Virus record (IMG/VR): IMGVR_UViG_2974623298_000001
Location: 1 to 64,000 of that record
DNA length: 64,000 nt
From: a virus
Lineage: Duplodnaviria > Caudoviricetes
Direction: 5' to 3' (one strand)
A model generated the notes under the pieces. It ran no database searches. It was given only the letters and a program-made list of their open reading frames with translations, and was not told the DNA's origin. The position numbers and the translations under genes are program-made. Below, one piece after another: positions 9,049 through 18,176 of this stretch (position 1 is the stretch's first letter; the number at the start of each line of letters is the position of its first letter).

Positions 9049-9101
9049 CAACCCCGTGGCTAGCGTAATGCTGGACACGGGGTTGCTTCGTACTGTAGTG
9101 T
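9049..9101 (+). promoter_or_regulatory. hairpin overlapping a candidate late promoter upstream of the portal
   Basis: stem caaccccgtg (9049-58)/cacggggttg (9076-85); TGGACA-N18-TAGTGT (9072-9101). Confidence 0.45.
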
Positions 9102-9162
9102 CCCCGGCTAACTTCAATGCAGCGCTTCGCACCAGTGCGATCCCCTGCCGACAGGAGACAAG

Positions 9163-10890
9163 ATGAGTTCAGGACTGCTTGGCCCCAATGGCCAGCCCAT
9201 CGACAAGTACGTAGAGTTTGCGGGGCGACCAAAGAATCCCAAGCCGGTCGTCGGCGACGCATACTCCGACTGGGGTGGGTTGAGCAAGGACTTTATGCAC
9301 CTTCCTGGCGGCGGTGTGATCGGCTTCGATACCTCCAAGCTCGGCATTCGAGACTTCCGACGTATGCGTGAGCATTACCAAATCGGATCGAGTCTCCATG
9401 TCCTGACGTTCATGCTCCACCAGCTCGACTGGCGTGTCGAGTGCGACGATCCCAAGGTGGCGGAATGGTGCACTGTCAATCTCGAGATGATCTGGACAAG
9501 GCTGATTCGAGCCATGTCTACTGCATTCGCCTTCGGATTCAGTGCGAACGCTGTGGAGTGGGAGAACGACGTCAACGAGGGCAAGCTCCGGCTCAACAAG
9601 ATCAAGGACCTGGTCCCGGAAGAGTGTGAGGTTTCCTGGAAGTATGTGGACTCTGCCCTCAAGCCTGAAGGCCATGTTGCGGCTCCGAAGGTTCCCATCT
9701 TCGACGGAATCTCCAAGCGAGGTACGTCGTACAAGATCGAGGTCACGAACAGTCTTTGGTACCCGCTTCTCATGGAGAACGGAAACTACAAGGGACGTCA
9801 GCTACTTCGGACTGCGTTTCAGCCGTGGTTCTTCAGCACTCTCATTCACCTGTACCAGAACAAGTACTTCGAACGGTTCGGCGAGCCGGTTCCCATTGGA
9901 CGCGCGCCTTACAATGACAAGGTCACCAAGGATGGAAAGACCATCTACGGGTACGACCTCATGGCGACGATCCTCGGGAACATCCGATCCCGAAGCGCGG
10001 TAGTTCTTCCCAACAGCCGCAGCAAAGAGGGAATGAACGACCAGCCCGAGTACGACTATCAGGTCGAGTATCTGGAGTCGCAGATGCGAGGCGCTGACTT
10101 CGAGCGGTACCTCACCCGCCTTGACGAGGAGATGTCCCTTGCACTCTTTACTCCCCTTCTGTTGCTGCGGACAGCAGATGCAGGTGGATTTAACCAGGGG
10201 ATTGCTCACACTCAAATGTACCTGTGGATGCTCAACGCTGTGGCGGGTGACATGGCAGAGTATATCGACAAGTACGTTCTGCGGTACATGGCAATCTACA
10301 ACTTCGGACCGAAGGCCAAGCTCCCACGAATCCGCTTTCGGAAGCTAGGCACTGCACAGCAGGAGACGATGCGAGCCATCGTTCAGGCTATGATCAGCAA
10401 GGGCACCATCAAGCCCGACGTTACCGAGCTGGGCCAGCACATCGGACTTTCCCTCGAGGAAGTCGAAGAGGTTACCGAGCCCGTCCGCGATCCTGAGGAT
10501 GATCTCGTCGACCCCGACGACGATGATGGCAACGGCAACAAGGATGGTCGAGTTGGACGACCCGAGCGGCTGAAGGACCAGGACGGGATCAAGCCGGGGT
10601 CCACCACCAAGCAGATCAGTTCTCGTATCGCGGAGCAGATCAGGCGTGCATACAAGAAAAACGATTTGCTCGATTGGCAACCGGCCCCTGGGTTCCGGCG
10701 CCAATTGACCGGGGAACTACAAGCAATGGGCCATATGGACGCCCGGCGCGCGGCGTCCGTGTTCAATGACGCGTTGATCGGTACGCTCACCGAAACAGCA
10801 AAGCTCGACTGGGATTCCGCTGATGATTTCATAGCTTACGCAGAAGGAATCATCAAGGCCGAAGGAGAGAAGCTCTATGCCTCTGCCTAG
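9163..10890 (+). CDS. portal protein (DUF935 / Mu gp29-like)
   Basis: LLRTAF.PWFF...ERFG.PVPIGR pattern; position after TerL. Confidence 0.88.
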   Translation: MSSGLLGPNGQPIDKYVEFAGRPKNPKPVVGDAYSDWGGLSKDFMHLPGGGVIGFDTSKLGIRDFRRMREHYQIGSSLHVLTFMLHQLDWRVECDDPKVAEWCTVNLEMIWTRLIRAMSTAFAFGFSANAVEWENDVNEGKLRLNKIKDLVPEECEVSWKYVDSALKPEGHVAAPKVPIFDGISKRGTSYKIEVTNSLWYPLLMENGNYKGRQLLRTAFQPWFFSTLIHLYQNKYFERFGEPVPIGRAPYNDKVTKDGKTIYGYDLMATILGNIRSRSAVVLPNSRSKEGMNDQPEYDYQVEYLESQMRGADFERYLTRLDEEMSLALFTPLLLLRTADAGGFNQGIAHTQMYLWMLNAVAGDMAEYIDKYVLRYMAIYNFGPKAKLPRIRFRKLGTAQQETMRAIVQAMISKGTIKPDVTELGQHIGLSLEEVEEVTEPVRDPEDDLVDPDDDDGNGNKDGRVGRPERLKDQDGIKPGSTTKQISSRIAEQIRRAYKKNDLLDWQPAPGFRRQLTGELQAMGHMDARRAASVFNDALIGTLTETAKLDWDSADDFIAYAEGIIKAEGEKLYASA

Positions 10891-12415
10891 CATATCCAAC
10901 AACCCGATCTCCTATGGCAAGGTTCTCTGGACCGGCATTGTCTCGGTGCTTGACTCGGTGGACCCGGATGACGTGCCCGACCTAGACGAGCTCGAGGGTA
11001 ATATCATCTTCAAGCCCAGTGCTCGCTACCTCAAGGTTCCGGGTTCGACGCCGCCGCTCACGGTTGCGCTGATGAACAGAAACGTCAGCATTGAGGACTC
11101 GCAGATTGACGAGCAGGGGCGCAAGTTCATCAAGCTCGAAGCCAGCTCGGCGGGCGTGGTGCCGGATGTCTTCACCTGGACGGCGACGTTCAACCTGTCC
11201 TACAAGGGCGTACTCATCTCTATTCCAGATGCAACATTCCAGCTACTGCCTGGAGTGGAGATTGATCTCACCGACTACATCGCGCCAGCGCCCACCGCCT
11301 CGCCTGTTTCGCCAGCGCTCAGTGACTTGCTGGCGGCTCGCAATGAGGCAATCGCAGCACGTGACGAAGTAGTAGAGATGCTCGCAAACATCGGACTTGG
11401 CAGTTCGGAGTTTGCGAGCATCACTCGTGACTTCGGCGCAGTCAGCGACGGAAGTGTCGAGGCAACTGGTGCATTCGCTGCAGCGTTGCAGGATCTCAGT
11501 TCCGGTGGCGGCGGTACCCTGATCGTTCCGCCTGGTCTGTACCTCGTGGACAGTATCGGACTCGCCGACGCTGTCGAGAACGTGGACATCATCTCGCCGT
11601 ATGGTTCAGCCGTCATTCGTTCAACCACTGGCGACGTTGCTCCGCTTATCGGTTCGTGGTATCGCAGTTCGATCAGTGGACTGATCTTCGATGCTGGCGG
11701 ACTCGGCGGCTACGGCGCGAATGTACATCTCGTCGAATCGAAGATCATGGACTGCACGTTCATGGGCTGGACCGGCAGGGGTATGTCACTCAACGATGGA
11801 ACTTACGGCGATCTTGGTCTGCTGAATTACATCTTGAGGAACCATATCGTTCAGAGCAACGGTACCGGAATCTTTCAGACGTATCGCTTTGTCGATTCGT
11901 GGATCGACTACAACAACGTCGGCTCTACTGATGCGAACATCTCGCTCGAGGGCGGGCCGCTTCGAGTGGGGTTCAACCACTTCAATGGAGACCCGATAAG
12001 GAACATCGACCTTCGCGGCAACAAGCGTGTCACCCTCATTGGCAACATTGGCGAGGGCGCTCGCCAAGAAGCAGTGCGTTACATCATGCCGCCGTGGTTG
12101 ACAGAGGACTCACCACAGATTCAATTGGTTGCCAACAGCTTCTCGAATGGAGGCAAGGCTGCGGCGGGAGTTCACCCAGCTATTCGACTTCAGGGTCGCG
12201 GCGACGGTATGCCAGCCAGCGGGTTCATCATTTCCGCGAACAACTTCGGGTGCGAGGACCCCGGCTCCGGCTGGAGTAATATTGTCCACGCAACTGACGT
12301 GACAGACCTCGGTATTGTGGGCAACCAGTGGGAAGGTGCGTTCACGGTATCCCCCCTGTCCGGAACGAGGGTTACGAACTTCGTATCAGCTGGAAACTCC
12401 AGCGGCAATACCTAA
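10877..12415 (+). CDS. virion beta-helix (pectate-lyase-3-like) protein, putative depolymerase or fibre
   Basis: RDFGAVSDG...AFAAAL...GGGTLIVPPGLYL N-cap followed by Asn/Gly-rich rungs; N-terminus resembles actinophage minor-tail anchor domains. Confidence 0.7.
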   Translation: MPLPSISNNPISYGKVLWTGIVSVLDSVDPDDVPDLDELEGNIIFKPSARYLKVPGSTPPLTVALMNRNVSIEDSQIDEQGRKFIKLEASSAGVVPDVFTWTATFNLSYKGVLISIPDATFQLLPGVEIDLTDYIAPAPTASPVSPALSDLLAARNEAIAARDEVVEMLANIGLGSSEFASITRDFGAVSDGSVEATGAFAAALQDLSSGGGGTLIVPPGLYLVDSIGLADAVENVDIISPYGSAVIRSTTGDVAPLIGSWYRSSISGLIFDAGGLGGYGANVHLVESKIMDCTFMGWTGRGMSLNDGTYGDLGLLNYILRNHIVQSNGTGIFQTYRFVDSWIDYNNVGSTDANISLEGGPLRVGFNHFNGDPIRNIDLRGNKRVTLIGNIGEGARQEAVRYIMPPWLTEDSPQIQLVANSFSNGGKAAAGVHPAIRLQGRGDGMPASGFIISANNFGCEDPGSGWSNIVHATDVTDLGIVGNQWEGAFTVSPLSGTRVTNFVSAGNSSGNT

Positions 12416-12431
12416 CACAGAAATTGGTGCC

Positions 12432-12737
12432 ATGAAACCAGAGTCGAGACACCCACTGAGGTGTACGTGCAGGACACAGCCGCTGTTGGCTTACTACGGC
12501 AGGAACAGTAGAGGTCGGGCGTTTGTTCATGTAGCTTCATTCAAGAACAAGCGTCCGATCTCGCAGGTATATACCACTGCACCCATATCAATTTGGTGTC
12601 CATCGTGCGGCAAGTGGTGGAACATCTTCGTGAAGAACGAGAAGCTCACCGCGGAAGAACGACAGAGTGCTCCCCCGGTCCCCGAGCAAAAATCCAAATC
12701 GCGGGTATTGCTGGACAACCCGCCGGACGACCAGTAA
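12432..12737 (+). CDS. small Zn-ribbon protein
   Basis: CxC near N-terminus and CPSC later; start re-called at MKPES. Confidence 0.6.
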   Translation: MKPESRHPLRCTCRTQPLLAYYGRNSRGRAFVHVASFKNKRPISQVYTTAPISIWCPSCGKWWNIFVKNEKLTAEERQSAPPVPEQKSKSRVLLDNPPDDQ

Positions 12738-12740
12738 GGT
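12712..12740 (+). promoter_or_regulatory. candidate late promoter for capsid genes
   Basis: TGGACA-N17-TAAGGT, 11 nt before ATG 12752; same GCTGGACA as at 9070. Confidence 0.5.
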
Positions 12741-12751
12741 TTGGTGACATT

Positions 12752-13981
12752 ATGACAACGGCCACACTATCGCCCGCACAGAGGCGGAATTGTGTCTTTG
12801 TTCGGAACCTCGGTGCGCCGACGAAGTCCTACACCAAACAGGTGGACGACAAGTCTGGCAGCGGCGGAACCGTCGAAGCGCTCATCGTTGAGGGCAAGCC
12901 GATCTTCCGAAGCGGCACGTTCTCCGACAGCATGGGCATCGAGCACACCTGGGAAACGCTGCACATGAACCAGATGGTGGATCATGCGGCGCTGCTTTCC
13001 AGTCGCGGCATCTTCGAAGACGTGCCGGTACGCAAGGGGCATCCCGATTGGGGCGGCCTGTTCAGCGATCCGGTTCGCAACGCGATGGACGAACTCATCG
13101 GGTACATGGGCAACTTCCGTACCGAAGAGCGGGTCAACCCGGCCGACGGGCAGACCTACACATACTTGCTCGCAGACCTCGAAATCCTCGAGGAGAACGC
13201 GATCAAGAACATCAAGTCCGGTCTCTGGCGGAACGTGTCCGCTGAGATCAGTACATACGTCACCAACGGTAATGCCGAGTACTGGCCTGTCATGTATGGG
13301 GTGGCCTACGTAGACATCCCAGCTGTCGAGGGTCTCAAGGCTCAGCACTCCAAGGCGGCGAATCAATTCAGCATCATTCTGGAGGAAGACATGGGACCGA
13401 CGCCCACCAACCCGAACCCCCCGGTTCCGAACGAACAGGGCAACAGCGGCGAGCAGAACAACCAGGGCAACAGCCAGCACAGCGCTCCGGCTCCGGCCGC
13501 CCCCGCCGCCCCCGCTTTCTCGTTCAGCATCGGCGGCAAGCAGACCACCGACTTCTCGGCAGTGCAGGCGCACATCAACGGTCTCGAGACCGAGAACGGT
13601 GTGCTCAAGCAGTTCAAGCAGGAGTCGGTCGAAGCCGGTCGCGCCGCCTTCGTGAAGTCGCTCGTCGAGACCAACCGAGTCCCCGCGTCCGAGGAGCAGA
13701 AGTTCCTCGACTATGCGAAGAAGCAGAGCGACGAAGACTTCGCAGAGTGGAAGGCCATGATGGAGATGATTCCAGTCATGGGCATCGCCACCCCGCAGGG
13801 CGCGGGCTTCTCGCAGAGCCACGACCAGACCCAGCAGACCGATGCCAAGGCCGAGCGCATCGACGTGCTCAAGTCCATCGTGTCCTCGCACAAGCTGGGC
13901 AACCGCATGACCACCGCTCAGATCATGGAGCAGCCCTCGTACAAGGAGCTCCTCCAGCTCGATCCGACCTTCACCCTCTAG
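12752..13981 (+). CDS. capsid maturation protease / scaffold
   Basis: KGH (His) and RNVSAE (Ser) motifs, low-complexity linker, helical scaffold-like tail; precedes decoration protein and MCP. Confidence 0.8.
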   Translation: MTTATLSPAQRRNCVFVRNLGAPTKSYTKQVDDKSGSGGTVEALIVEGKPIFRSGTFSDSMGIEHTWETLHMNQMVDHAALLSSRGIFEDVPVRKGHPDWGGLFSDPVRNAMDELIGYMGNFRTEERVNPADGQTYTYLLADLEILEENAIKNIKSGLWRNVSAEISTYVTNGNAEYWPVMYGVAYVDIPAVEGLKAQHSKAANQFSIILEEDMGPTPTNPNPPVPNEQGNSGEQNNQGNSQHSAPAPAAPAAPAFSFSIGGKQTTDFSAVQAHINGLETENGVLKQFKQESVEAGRAAFVKSLVETNRVPASEEQKFLDYAKKQSDEDFAEWKAMMEMIPVMGIATPQGAGFSQSHDQTQQTDAKAERIDVLKSIVSSHKLGNRMTTAQIMEQPSYKELLQLDPTFTL

Positions 13982-14017
13982 GTTCGCGGCCACCCTCAAG
14001 AAGAAGGAAGAAACACA

Positions 14018-14488
14018 ATGGCTGATTTCGTCAAGGGCCGCGAAGAGTACGCGGTCCACGGGAAGCGGAACATTCTCCGCCACGCCCACCCCGGCTCGTT
14101 CACGGTGGTCTCCAAGACCATCTCGCACGAAGCCTTCCCGGTGGCCGAGGATGCAGACGGCAACCCCGACTACGTGCTGCAGGAGGGCGAGGTCCTCGTC
14201 AACCTGACCTCCGGCCCGCACGCGGGCAAGTGCGTCCCCTTCCAGCTGGACCCGGCGTCGCCCTTCACAGACGGTCGCTCGACGGTCGCCAACCTGGTCG
14301 GCGTCTGCAAGGACTACTTCGGCTGGGAGCTCTCCGAGCGCGATGTCGAGGCAGGGGTTCTGGATCGTGGGCACCTGATCCAGAACTGGTGCACCATCCG
14401 AGACGCGGACGGCAACCGTGTCACCCTGACCAACACTGTTGCGGACGCTCTCCGTAGCAAGAAGAACCTCGACATCCTCTTCTCGTAA
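14018..14488 (+). CDS. head decoration protein
   Basis: 156 aa between protease and MCP; lambda gpD-like synteny. Confidence 0.65.
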   Translation: MADFVKGREEYAVHGKRNILRHAHPGSFTVVSKTISHEAFPVAEDADGNPDYVLQEGEVLVNLTSGPHAGKCVPFQLDPASPFTDGRSTVANLVGVCKDYFGWELSERDVEAGVLDRGHLIQNWCTIRDADGNRVTLTNTVADALRSKKNLDILFS

Positions 14489-14500
14489 GGAGACGAACAA

Positions 14501-15700
14501 GTGACCGCATCACTGGGCATGTTCAACAAGCCCCAGCCCACTGCCCATGGCGCGCAGCCACTGGACAAGCTCATCCGCAAGGAGGTGGCGCTCGGCGTCA
14601 TCAAGGAGATCGTCAAGCCGGAGGACCACCTCGGCCTGACCCTCTTCCCCTTCAAGGACGTGCCGACCGACGACTACATCTTCTCGTACGTCAAGGGTCT
14701 GACCACCGGCCTGGCACCCGCCATCGCCGAGTCGGCCGAGTCGGAACTGGCCCAGAAGGACAGCGGCCTGGCCAACCAGGGTCGTGCGTCGATCATCGAC
14801 TGGCGCCTCAAGGACCACTACGACGCCGCCGACGTGCAGCGTTTCCTGGACCTGCAGCTCCTGGCCGAGGCCAACCAGTTCGGCCCGTACGGCCTGCCGA
14901 ACACCCTGATGGGTGACATCAATCAGCTGCCGCAGCGGATGCAGCGCGACACCGAAGAGCGTCGTCGCCGCCTCGACAACCGAGCCGAATGGCTCATCAT
15001 GCAGTCGCTGTCCAACGGAGGCATCGCTTACAACGACGGCAACATCAAGTTCTCCGTCGACTGGAAGCGTCCTGTTGATCAGCAGGCTCAGACGCCGGCC
15101 TCGGGCACCTACGCCAGCACGACCCACGATCCCATCGGGGACATCAACAAGATCAAGCGACTGATCTACAACCGCTACGGCGTGCTGATCACTCGCGCGA
15201 TCTGCTCGAACAAGTTCCTGTTGAGCCTCATCAATTCGGACAAGTTCATCCTCCGTGCAGGACTGGGCACCGCAGCGAACTCGGGCATCGGTCAGTCGGA
15301 CATCCCCTACCTGATCAACGGCTGGGGTCCGCAGGTTGCCATCGACATCGTCGAGCAGCAGACCGGCATCAAGTTCATCGAGTACGATTCGGGCTACCGC
15401 AGCAAGCCCGACTTCGCTCAGGGGCCGGTCACCTTCAACCGGTACCTGCCCGAAAACCGGGTCATCTTCATGCCGGACGACAACGCGATGGCCGAGTACG
15501 ACTCCTCGGACATCGGTCTCGGCAAGATGCTGACCAGCCCGCACAGCATGGGCAACGGGTCCGCAGGGTTCTACATGTGGGAGCAGGACACCACGGACCC
15601 CTGGGGCAAGAACGTGGGAACCGGGATCAAGATGTTCCCGCTCTTCCCGCACATGGAGCTCACGTACACAATGGACGTGACCCTCCCCGCCGATCTCTGA
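14501..15700 (+). CDS. major capsid protein (lambda gpE-like)
   Basis: 399 aa, extreme GC3 bias, C-terminal DP...P.FP pattern, synteny. Confidence 0.9.
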   Translation: MTASLGMFNKPQPTAHGAQPLDKLIRKEVALGVIKEIVKPEDHLGLTLFPFKDVPTDDYIFSYVKGLTTGLAPAIAESAESELAQKDSGLANQGRASIIDWRLKDHYDAADVQRFLDLQLLAEANQFGPYGLPNTLMGDINQLPQRMQRDTEERRRRLDNRAEWLIMQSLSNGGIAYNDGNIKFSVDWKRPVDQQAQTPASGTYASTTHDPIGDINKIKRLIYNRYGVLITRAICSNKFLLSLINSDKFILRAGLGTAANSGIGQSDIPYLINGWGPQVAIDIVEQQTGIKFIEYDSGYRSKPDFAQGPVTFNRYLPENRVIFMPDDNAMAEYDSSDIGLGKMLTSPHSMGNGSAGFYMWEQDTTDPWGKNVGTGIKMFPLFPHMELTYTMDVTLPADL

Positions 15701-15719
15701 TCGAAAGGAAGTAAGCGAC

Positions 15720-15914
15720 ATGGCCTCGAAGAGCACAGTCGTCGTCAAGAAGAAGGGCGCCCGAGGTGGCGTCAACCCCGGCACTGCGGGCACCGGGGCA
15801 GGCCTCCTGCCCTACGGCGCGCAGACCGGTGGACAGTCCAGCGCCGATCCGGTCAAGTCGGTGAAGGCGACGCAGGACAAGAACCGCCGCGCCATCGGCT
15901 ACGGCCAGCGCTGA
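15720..15914 (+). CDS. small basic Gly-rich protein
   Basis: 64 aa with strong RBS (GAAAGGAAG). Confidence 0.65.
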   Translation: MASKSTVVVKKKGARGGVNPGTAGTGAGLLPYGAQTGGQSSADPVKSVKATQDKNRRAIGYGQR

Positions 15915-15920
15915 CAGACT

Positions 15921-15963
15921 CTACGCCGACCGAGTGGCCTTCCCCAGCACTCGGTCGGCGTAG
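15921..15963. terminator. 16-bp hairpin after capsid genes
   Basis: ctacgccgaccgagtg / cactcggtcggcgtag. Confidence 0.8.
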
Positions 15964-15986
15964 TCTCGCATCCGCAAAGGAGAATC

Positions 15987-16304
15987 ATGCCAGAGAACAC
16001 CGAGGCTTCGGTCAAGGCCGAAGCCGAAGACGACAAGCCGATCGGTCGTCCCGACTCGCCGAACGCAGACGAGCCCGCCAACAAGGCAGACGCGATCATC
16101 TACTCGGACGAGGAGCGCGAGGACTACGAGCGCTTCGGGGCAACCCCGCCGCCCGAGCATCCGAACTTCGGTGCCACGTACTTCGACAACAAGTCGGAGG
16201 ACAAGGACTCGGACAAGGAGTCCGAAGAGGAAGTCAAGGTCGAGCCCAAGCAGAGTGCTCCGACCCCTCCGCCCGCACCGCCCGCACCCAACGCAAAGGG
16301 ATAG
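15987..16304 (+). CDS. acidic/Pro-rich hypothetical protein
   Basis: 105 aa with RBS AAAGGAG. Confidence 0.7.
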   Translation: MPENTEASVKAEAEDDKPIGRPDSPNADEPANKADAIIYSDEEREDYERFGATPPPEHPNFGATYFDNKSEDKDSDKESEEEVKVEPKQSAPTPPPAPPAPNAKG

Positions 16305-16311
16305 CTGACAG

Positions 16312-16827
16312 ATGCCGAACCGCCCCGTGTACTGCACAACGGCTGCAATCCAGACGCATGTGCAGAACATCAAGCTCCCGCAGAATGCAACCTGGGAGAG
16401 CTTGGCCGAGACTGCCTCGAATGAGATAGACTCGCGTCTCGGTGTGCGGTACGTCACTCCGTTCCAGGTATCCCCCAGCGATCCAGCTCAGCGCGCCGCC
16501 GCCTTCTGGCTGCAGAACGTCACCAGCATGGTGGCGGCGGCGCGTCTGATGCTGTCGATCGCAGCGCCGGGATCGCAAGACAGTGCCAACAGCTATGGCC
16601 AGTACCTGTTGCGTAACGTCAATGAACTGGTCAACGATGTCATTTCCGGCAAGGTAGACCTAGCCGGATGTGAGGAAGTCGGTGCGAATGACTCGGTCAT
16701 TCAAGGCCCGACGATTCTCAACGAAGATGCTTTTTCCCAGGTCGATGTGTTCTACGACAACTTCGCACCTGAAGGAATCATGCCTGGCCTCAAGCCTCGA
16801 CCGAGGGGCAATCCGTGGCCGACATAG
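16312..16827 (+). CDS. head-to-tail adaptor (Mu gp36-like)
   Basis: A..EIDSRLG.RY.TP motif; synteny. Confidence 0.7.
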   Translation: MPNRPVYCTTAAIQTHVQNIKLPQNATWESLAETASNEIDSRLGVRYVTPFQVSPSDPAQRAAAFWLQNVTSMVAAARLMLSIAAPGSQDSANSYGQYLLRNVNELVNDVISGKVDLAGCEEVGANDSVIQGPTILNEDAFSQVDVFYDNFAPEGIMPGLKPRPRGNPWPT

Positions 16828-17309
16828 TTCTCGAGACGATTGTTGACATCAGTCGTCCGACACTCAGAATCAAGGCGTACCAGGATAAGGTAGAGGGCGC
16901 ATCCCTTGCTGCATTCATGCAGGGATTCGCTGCCCCTCTTCTCCAGGAACGAGCAAGTGATCGCTTCGACAACGAAGGCGATTCGGCGTCGGGCAAGTGG
17001 AGATCACTCCAGCCCTCGACCATCGCCCGCCGCGAGAAGGCCGGTCACGTACCAATCAAGATCAACGACAGGACCGGCGCCATGCGGGCCTGGGTGGAGA
17101 GTGCGCAGGGCAGGATCACAGCTGTCAAGTACGCAGCGGTACTCGAGTGGCCTGGCACTCCGGCCAACCGTACGATCGGACGCAAGCTCAAGGTTGCTCA
17201 GATGGGCTTGCCCACGCCGTACACACCTCCGCGTCCTGTCGTGGCAATCGAGGGTGAAGACTTGCTGACGATTCTCGTTGCAATGGAGAACTGGATTGGA
17301 GCACCATGA
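16815..17309 (+). CDS. virion morphogenesis / neck protein (Mu gpG-like)
   Basis: RF..EG...GKW..L..STI..R...G..PI..NDRTG.M pattern. Confidence 0.65.
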   Translation: MADIVLETIVDISRPTLRIKAYQDKVEGASLAAFMQGFAAPLLQERASDRFDNEGDSASGKWRSLQPSTIARREKAGHVPIKINDRTGAMRAWVESAQGRITAVKYAAVLEWPGTPANRTIGRKLKVAQMGLPTPYTPPRPVVAIEGEDLLTILVAMENWIGAP

Positions 17310-17791
17310 TTGAGAGTCCTGGTGACACCTTCTTTCCATACAACGTAATTGAGAAGCTCGAGAACGCCGTGCGTGCGTATATCGACTCGTCGCTGAACTT
17401 CGAGCGACGCAGACTTCTGGTGACGGACCCCAACGACACTGTGGGAATCATACCCATCAGCTGGAATCCGTCAGCAGGGGAGATCGGCAGAGTTGAGTCT
17501 TCGATTCAGCTCTACACGATTTACATTCAGACGTTGATCGTTGATCCCGACGAGGCGCGAGGACTGCAAACGCACTCCTACTTCGCTAAGCGCATGAGGG
17601 AAATGCTTGTGCGCAACCCGGTCCTTCGTGTAGCGTTAGGGAAACTCGAGACGGTTGACCCGGCGGGCGTGAAAGAAAAGACTCTGAACGTCACTGTTGG
17701 CGAGCAAGTCTTCCACAACCAGGAGACCGACGGTAACTGGCGGTACCTGAGTACGCTTGAGCTTCGGCTCGAAACCCAGATCAGTAACTAG
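17306..17791 (+). CDS. tail terminator / completion protein
   Basis: 161 aa, synteny before major tail protein. Confidence 0.55.
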   Translation: MIESPGDTFFPYNVIEKLENAVRAYIDSSLNFERRRLLVTDPNDTVGIIPISWNPSAGEIGRVESSIQLYTIYIQTLIVDPDEARGLQTHSYFAKRMREMLVRNPVLRVALGKLETVDPAGVKEKTLNVTVGEQVFHNQETDGNWRYLSTLELRLETQISN

Positions 17792-17804
17792 TAAGGGAGT
17801 TGTA

Positions 17805-18173
17805 ATGGCTGAAGCGCCAACCCCCGATGAGCTCGCAGCCAAGCGCCGCGAGCTCAAGGAGCTGCGTCAGCAGAACGCTGACACGCAGGTCAATCGGGAT
17901 CAGAAGGCCGCCGAGGAGCGTCGCGTTCGCGAGATGGAGGCGATCCAGGCGGAGATCAACTACGAACTCCAGGCGCAGGCGATCCTCGAAGGCAAGCCGC
18001 TGCCGGACTTCAACGAGCCGCCGACCAACGAGCCGCCGGACAACTCCAGCGTTCCGGCCTCCACCGACCAGTCCAACACCGACGACAAGACCGACGAGCA
18101 GGCGGCATCACAGACGCCACAGGCTCCGCAGGTCAACCTCGGCGGGGACGACGACAACCAGGAAGGGGCGTAA
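17805..18173 (+). CDS. hypothetical coiled-coil/acidic protein
   Basis: start re-called at MAEAP with RBS AAGGGAG. Confidence 0.65.
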   Translation: MAEAPTPDELAAKRRELKELRQQNADTQVNRDQKAAEERRVREMEAIQAEINYELQAQAILEGKPLPDFNEPPTNEPPDNSSVPASTDQSNTDDKTDEQAASQTPQAPQVNLGGDDDNQEGA

Positions 18174-18176
18174 GTC

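Noticed and set aside
12767-15793. Long minus-strand ORFs (577 and 427 aa) opposite the capsid genes
   Set aside because: Antisense shadows of highly GC3-biased genes; no RBS or motifs. The same applies to 23559-26111 and others opposite the TMP, and to many plus-strand ORFs opposite the right arm.
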